NCBI GenBank assembly: GCA_004321885.1
Contig: SCQK01000018.1
Location: 1 to 2,633 of the forward strand
DNA from: Patescibacteria group bacterium
GTDB lineage: Bacteria > Patescibacteriota > Patescibacteriia > Magasanikbacterales > GWA2-37-8
Length of the DNA stretch: 2,633 nt
Reading direction: 5' to 3'
Shown here: in pieces, positions 1-2,633 of the stretch
Layout of the letters: each line of letters begins with the position of its first letter
Position numbering within the stretch: position 1 is the first letter of the stretch
Made by a program: the position numbers and the translations under genes
Notes under the pieces: model-generated
What the model saw: the letters and a program-made list of their open reading frames with translations, nothing else
Databases searched by the model: none
What the model was told of the DNA's origin: nothing

Positions 1-825
1 TATCAATACAAACTGACTGTGTCGCCCGGCAGAAACGGTCTGACTCCAAGCGCCACCCTCTACTACAACAATCAAACGGCAGACGACGTAAACTGGTTCG
101 GCTACGGCTGGAACTTGGATATTCCGTACATTGAGCGTCTCAATCGCACCGGCTCCGACAATCTATATTCTTCAACTTATTTTACCTCTTCCTTTGACGG
201 GGAACTTGCCACAACCTCTACTACAACTACGGCTTACGGAGCGAAGTACGAAAATGGGGCGTTCAGGGCATATACCTTTTCTAGTAATACGTGGCTTGTA
301 ACAGACAAAAGCGGGACACAATACAAATTCGGCTACTCCACTAGCACAAGAATGGATGATCCATCTGATGGAACGAAGATCTATCGCTGGATGCTTGAGG
401 AAGTGCGAGACAGAAATGATAACTACATAAAATACGAGTATTACAAAGGAGCAGGATACATTTACCCCTCAAAAATCAAATACACCGGCAACGGAGTAAC
501 AGACGGTATCTTCGAGCTTGAATTCTTCCGCCAGAATCGCGGCGCTGCCGGCTACGCCACCTCAAGCCGGCCCGCCTTTGAAGTTGTTACCAAGTATTTC
601 ATAAACGAAGTGCAAGCCAAAGTTAACGGTTCTTGGGTTAGAAAATACACCTTCAATTCTGCCTTGGCTGAAAACGGAGAAAGAAAACTGCTGGGAGGCA
701 TTGTGGAAACTGGCAAGGATGATTTGGGGACGGAAATCACTCTTCCGCAGACCTCCTTTACTTATGGAAATACCTTGACTGCTAATGGGTGGGATCCGAA
801 TCCTGCCGCCTCCGGCACCATTCCG
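1..825 (+). other. SpvB / TcdB-toxin N-terminal-type region. Only part of the domain is present because the window begins inside it.
   Basis: The conserved motif NWFGYGWNLDIPYIER lies at nt ~91-138. The following region KIKYTGNGVTDGIFELEFFRQNRG ... KYTFNS ... LPQTSFTYGN resembles the conserved segment between the SpvB N-domain and the propeller in TcB proteins. Boundaries are approximate and come from recalled family architecture, not from a search. Confidence 0.6.
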
Positions 826-2633
826 ATGTGGTTTATCAAGGACGGAACCTCGCGCACCGACAAAGGTTTGCGTATGGCAGACGTAAATGGGGACGCGCTC
901 GCCGATTTCATTTGGTCAGAGCTCGAAGGTTCTGCATCCTCTACTCAAAAAATTTATCTCAATAATAGAGGCAACCTCACTTGGAGTTACGATTCAAGCT
1001 GGCAATTCCCAGTGCACTTTGTGAAAGATGGGAAAGACGATGGCGTGAGACTTGCAGACGTAAACGGGGATCTTCTCATCGATGTTCTCTGGGCAATTGA
1101 TGCAGGCAGTGGTTCGACTACAAAGAAAACATATTTAAACACTGGCTCTGGTTGGTCTGAAAGTTCAACGTGGCAGCCGCCGGAATACTTTATTGCCGCC
1201 GAGAAAGACAATGGGGTTCGTTTAGGTGATGTAAACGGCGATGGCCTCGTAGATATTCTCTATTCTCATGCGACCAGCACCCAGCAATTCAACAAAATAT
1301 ATATGAATAACGGCGCCGGTTGGACGGAATCAGCCAGCTGGAAAAACCCCATGTCCTTTGCCACGGATGGGATAACCGATGATATTCAGCTTTTGGATGT
1401 CAATGCAGACGGGCTTTATGATTTTCTCACTTCCACTACAACTCACATGAATACAGGCAATGGCTGGAAAAGCCAGACTGGCTACACCGCATCGGTTTCC
1501 ATGAGAGTGCGTTATGCCGATGTCAACGGCGACAACTTGACGGATATGATTTCCTCCTACGTCTATAACGGTAATCCGCCGCTTACCCTCCGCGGCACTT
1601 CTAAAAATACCGGGAAACAGTGGGTAGAGATAACCGATCCTTCTTGGGACCCGCCCGTAGACTTTGCAAATGGTTTTGATCAAGACGAGGGGGTGCGCAT
1701 GGCCGATGTTGACGGGGATGCCATACCCGATATCTTGCAGTCGATATACTGGAGTGCCAACTCAACGCAAAATACTATTCGTCTCGCCAATCCTTCGCGA
1801 ACGGATCAACTAATAAAAATTGTTACAGATAAAGGAGCCACTCACGATATTACCTACAAACAAACTCCGCTGTATACAGCATCCGGAGGAAACCTTCTTA
1901 ATCCCAAGCTTCCGATTATTCTTGACACAGTTTCCCAAATCACCAAGAGCAACGGAGTCAACAATACTGAAGCAGTTAGCTACACCTATTCCGATGGGCG
2001 ATTCTATTTCAACACTGGCCGTGACAGACGTCTAGCTGGATTTGCCAGTACCACGAGGAGTAACGATGCTGGAACCAAAGTTAAAACATATTACCACCAA
2101 GGAAACACCACAGATTCATCTCTCGGCGAATTTAGTGATCACGTCTCGAAAATCGGTAAAACCTATAGGACTGAAATCACTGACGCGTCGAACAACATCT
2201 ACTCTAAAAAGATTAACAAGTGGGAGAATGTCGGGTTAGCGAACGATCGCCACTATGTAAAGCTTACGCAGACTATTGACTGGGCGCAGGACGGTGATGC
2301 TGATTCCAAACACAAGGCCGAAAGCTATGTCTATGACGACAGCGCCGGCAATCTCTCTCAAAAGACTCTCTGGGGTGAAGTAACTGCAAGCGATGACGGG
2401 ACATTTACAGATGCGGGCACAGACAAGTTCACCTTTAACTACACCTACGCCACAAGCTCCGCCACCAGCTCCGTTTCAGTGAATCTCCTGTCCCAAGAGG
2501 GAATGTTTGACCAGAGCTCAAATAAAGTCAAAGAAACAAAGCTCTATTACGACACCCTCTCTTACGGCAATGTCGATAAAGGAAATCTTACCAAGCAGGA
2601 ACTCTGGAAAACTGGCTCGGCTTACGCCTCATC
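1..2633 (+). CDS. Internal fragment, partial at both ends, of a large Tc-toxin B-subunit-like (TcB/TcaC/SpvB-family) RHS-repeat protein. Frame +1 is open across the whole window.
   Basis: Manual translation of frame 1 gives 877 codons without a stop. Three motifs support the call. The SpvB N-domain signature LYYNNQTADDVNWFGYGWNLDIPYIERLNR compares with TcdB2 ...NSPFGLGW.... There are six repeats of the R-[LM]-ADVNGD-x-L-x-D ... YLN-x-G-x-GW type. The downstream YD/RHS motifs are GRDRRLAGF, YVYDDSAGNL and LYYDTLSYGNVDKGNL. The order SpvB-N, then beta-propeller, then RHS matches TcB-family architecture. The window has no in-frame start or stop, so the gene is longer than the window. Confidence 0.9.
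826..1800 (+). repeat. Six tandem FG-GAP-like beta-propeller blades, a protein-level repeat with a period of roughly 55-60 aa. This is the putative TcA-docking or gate propeller of a TcB subunit.
   Basis: The blade core motifs are as follows. ADVNGDALAD (877-906). ADVNGDLLID (1054-1083). GDVNGDGLVD (1225-1254). DVNADGLYD (1396-1422). ADVNGDNLTD (1516-1545). ADVDGDAIPD (1702-1731). Each is followed by a [ST]-rich stretch and a Y[LM]N-x-G-x-GW or N-x-G-x-W hairpin and is preceded by D-x-G-[VL]-R. Spacing between blades is about 171-186 nt, except that blade 4 to blade 5 is shorter. Confidence 0.75.
1801..2633 (+). other. Beginning of the RHS/YD-repeat shell. It continues past the window end.
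   Basis: YTYSDGRFYFNTGRDRRLAGFASTTRSND (1981-2067) has the R-x-x-x-G-F element typical of RHS shell strands. The YD repeats are YVYDDSAGNLSQKTLWGEV (2326-~2382) and LYYDTLSYGNVDKGNLTKQELW (2542-2607). The composition is a Thr/Ser/Asn/Tyr-rich beta-strand pattern. Confidence 0.65.

Noticed and set aside
552-740. 62-aa ORF on the minus strand
   Set aside because: It is embedded antisense in the SpvB-like region. No independent support.
826-846. ATG at 826 (MWFIKDG...) as a possible internal gene start
   Set aside because: The frame is continuous with the upstream SpvB-like region. The Met falls within the conserved D-x-G pre-blade element of propeller blade 1, and there is no intergenic gap or RBS.
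987-1211. 74-aa ORF on the minus strand
   Set aside because: It is embedded antisense in propeller blades 2-3. No independent support.
1330-1683. 117-aa ORF on the minus strand
   Set aside because: It is fully antisense to the most conserved propeller blades of the frame-+1 gene. Its translation is low-complexity and unrecognisable, and no start or RBS context suggests expression. It is a typical spurious antisense ORF inside a long gene.
877-1731. Recurrent nucleotide motif g(c/a)(a/t)gatgt(a/c)aa(c/t)gg(g/c)ga at about 170-nt spacing. Considered as a possible DNA-level repeat or CRISPR-like array.
   Set aside because: The spacing is irregular and the intervening sequences are unrelated at the DNA level. 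The motif always falls in frame, encoding D-V-N-G-D. It is a protein-level repeat (FG-GAP blades), not a DNA repeat element.
1820-2239. Two + strand ORFs in an alternative frame (1820-2035 and 2042-2239)
   Set aside because: Both are out of frame with the continuous frame-1 reading that carries recognisable RHS/YD motifs over the same nucleotides. Their translations are Pro/Thr/Leu-rich with no recognisable motif.
1-2633. Promoters, RBS or terminators
   Set aside because: The whole window is a single uninterrupted coding frame, so no intergenic sequence is available to support any regulatory call.

Overview
Frame +1 is open across the entire window (positions 1..2633, 877 codons, no stop) and no promoter, RBS or terminator is visible. 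The window is therefore an internal fragment of one very large gene that extends beyond both edges. The translated protein has the domain order of a Tc-toxin B subunit (TcB / TcaC / TcdB2 / SpvB-family RHS-repeat shell protein). First comes an SpvB-type N-terminal region carrying the hallmark ...NWFGYGWNLDIPYIER... motif. Next are six tandem FG-GAP-like beta-propeller blades, each built on a D-V-N-G-D-x-L-x-D calcium-loop-like motif followed by a YLNxG-GW hairpin. Last is the start of an RHS/YD-repeat shell, with an RxxxGF motif and two YD repeats of the Y-x-Y-D-x-x-G-N-L type. All five small ORFs in the supplied track (three on the minus strand, two on the plus strand in other frames) are embedded in this conserved coding region and are judged spurious. 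The biologically interesting parts of such a locus lie outside this window. They are the N-terminus, the C-terminal hypervariable toxin domain (either in this gene or in a downstream TcC/RHS-core gene), and the partner TcA gene. The window supports only the statement that a Tc-like or RHS polymorphic-toxin system is present. It cannot define the system.
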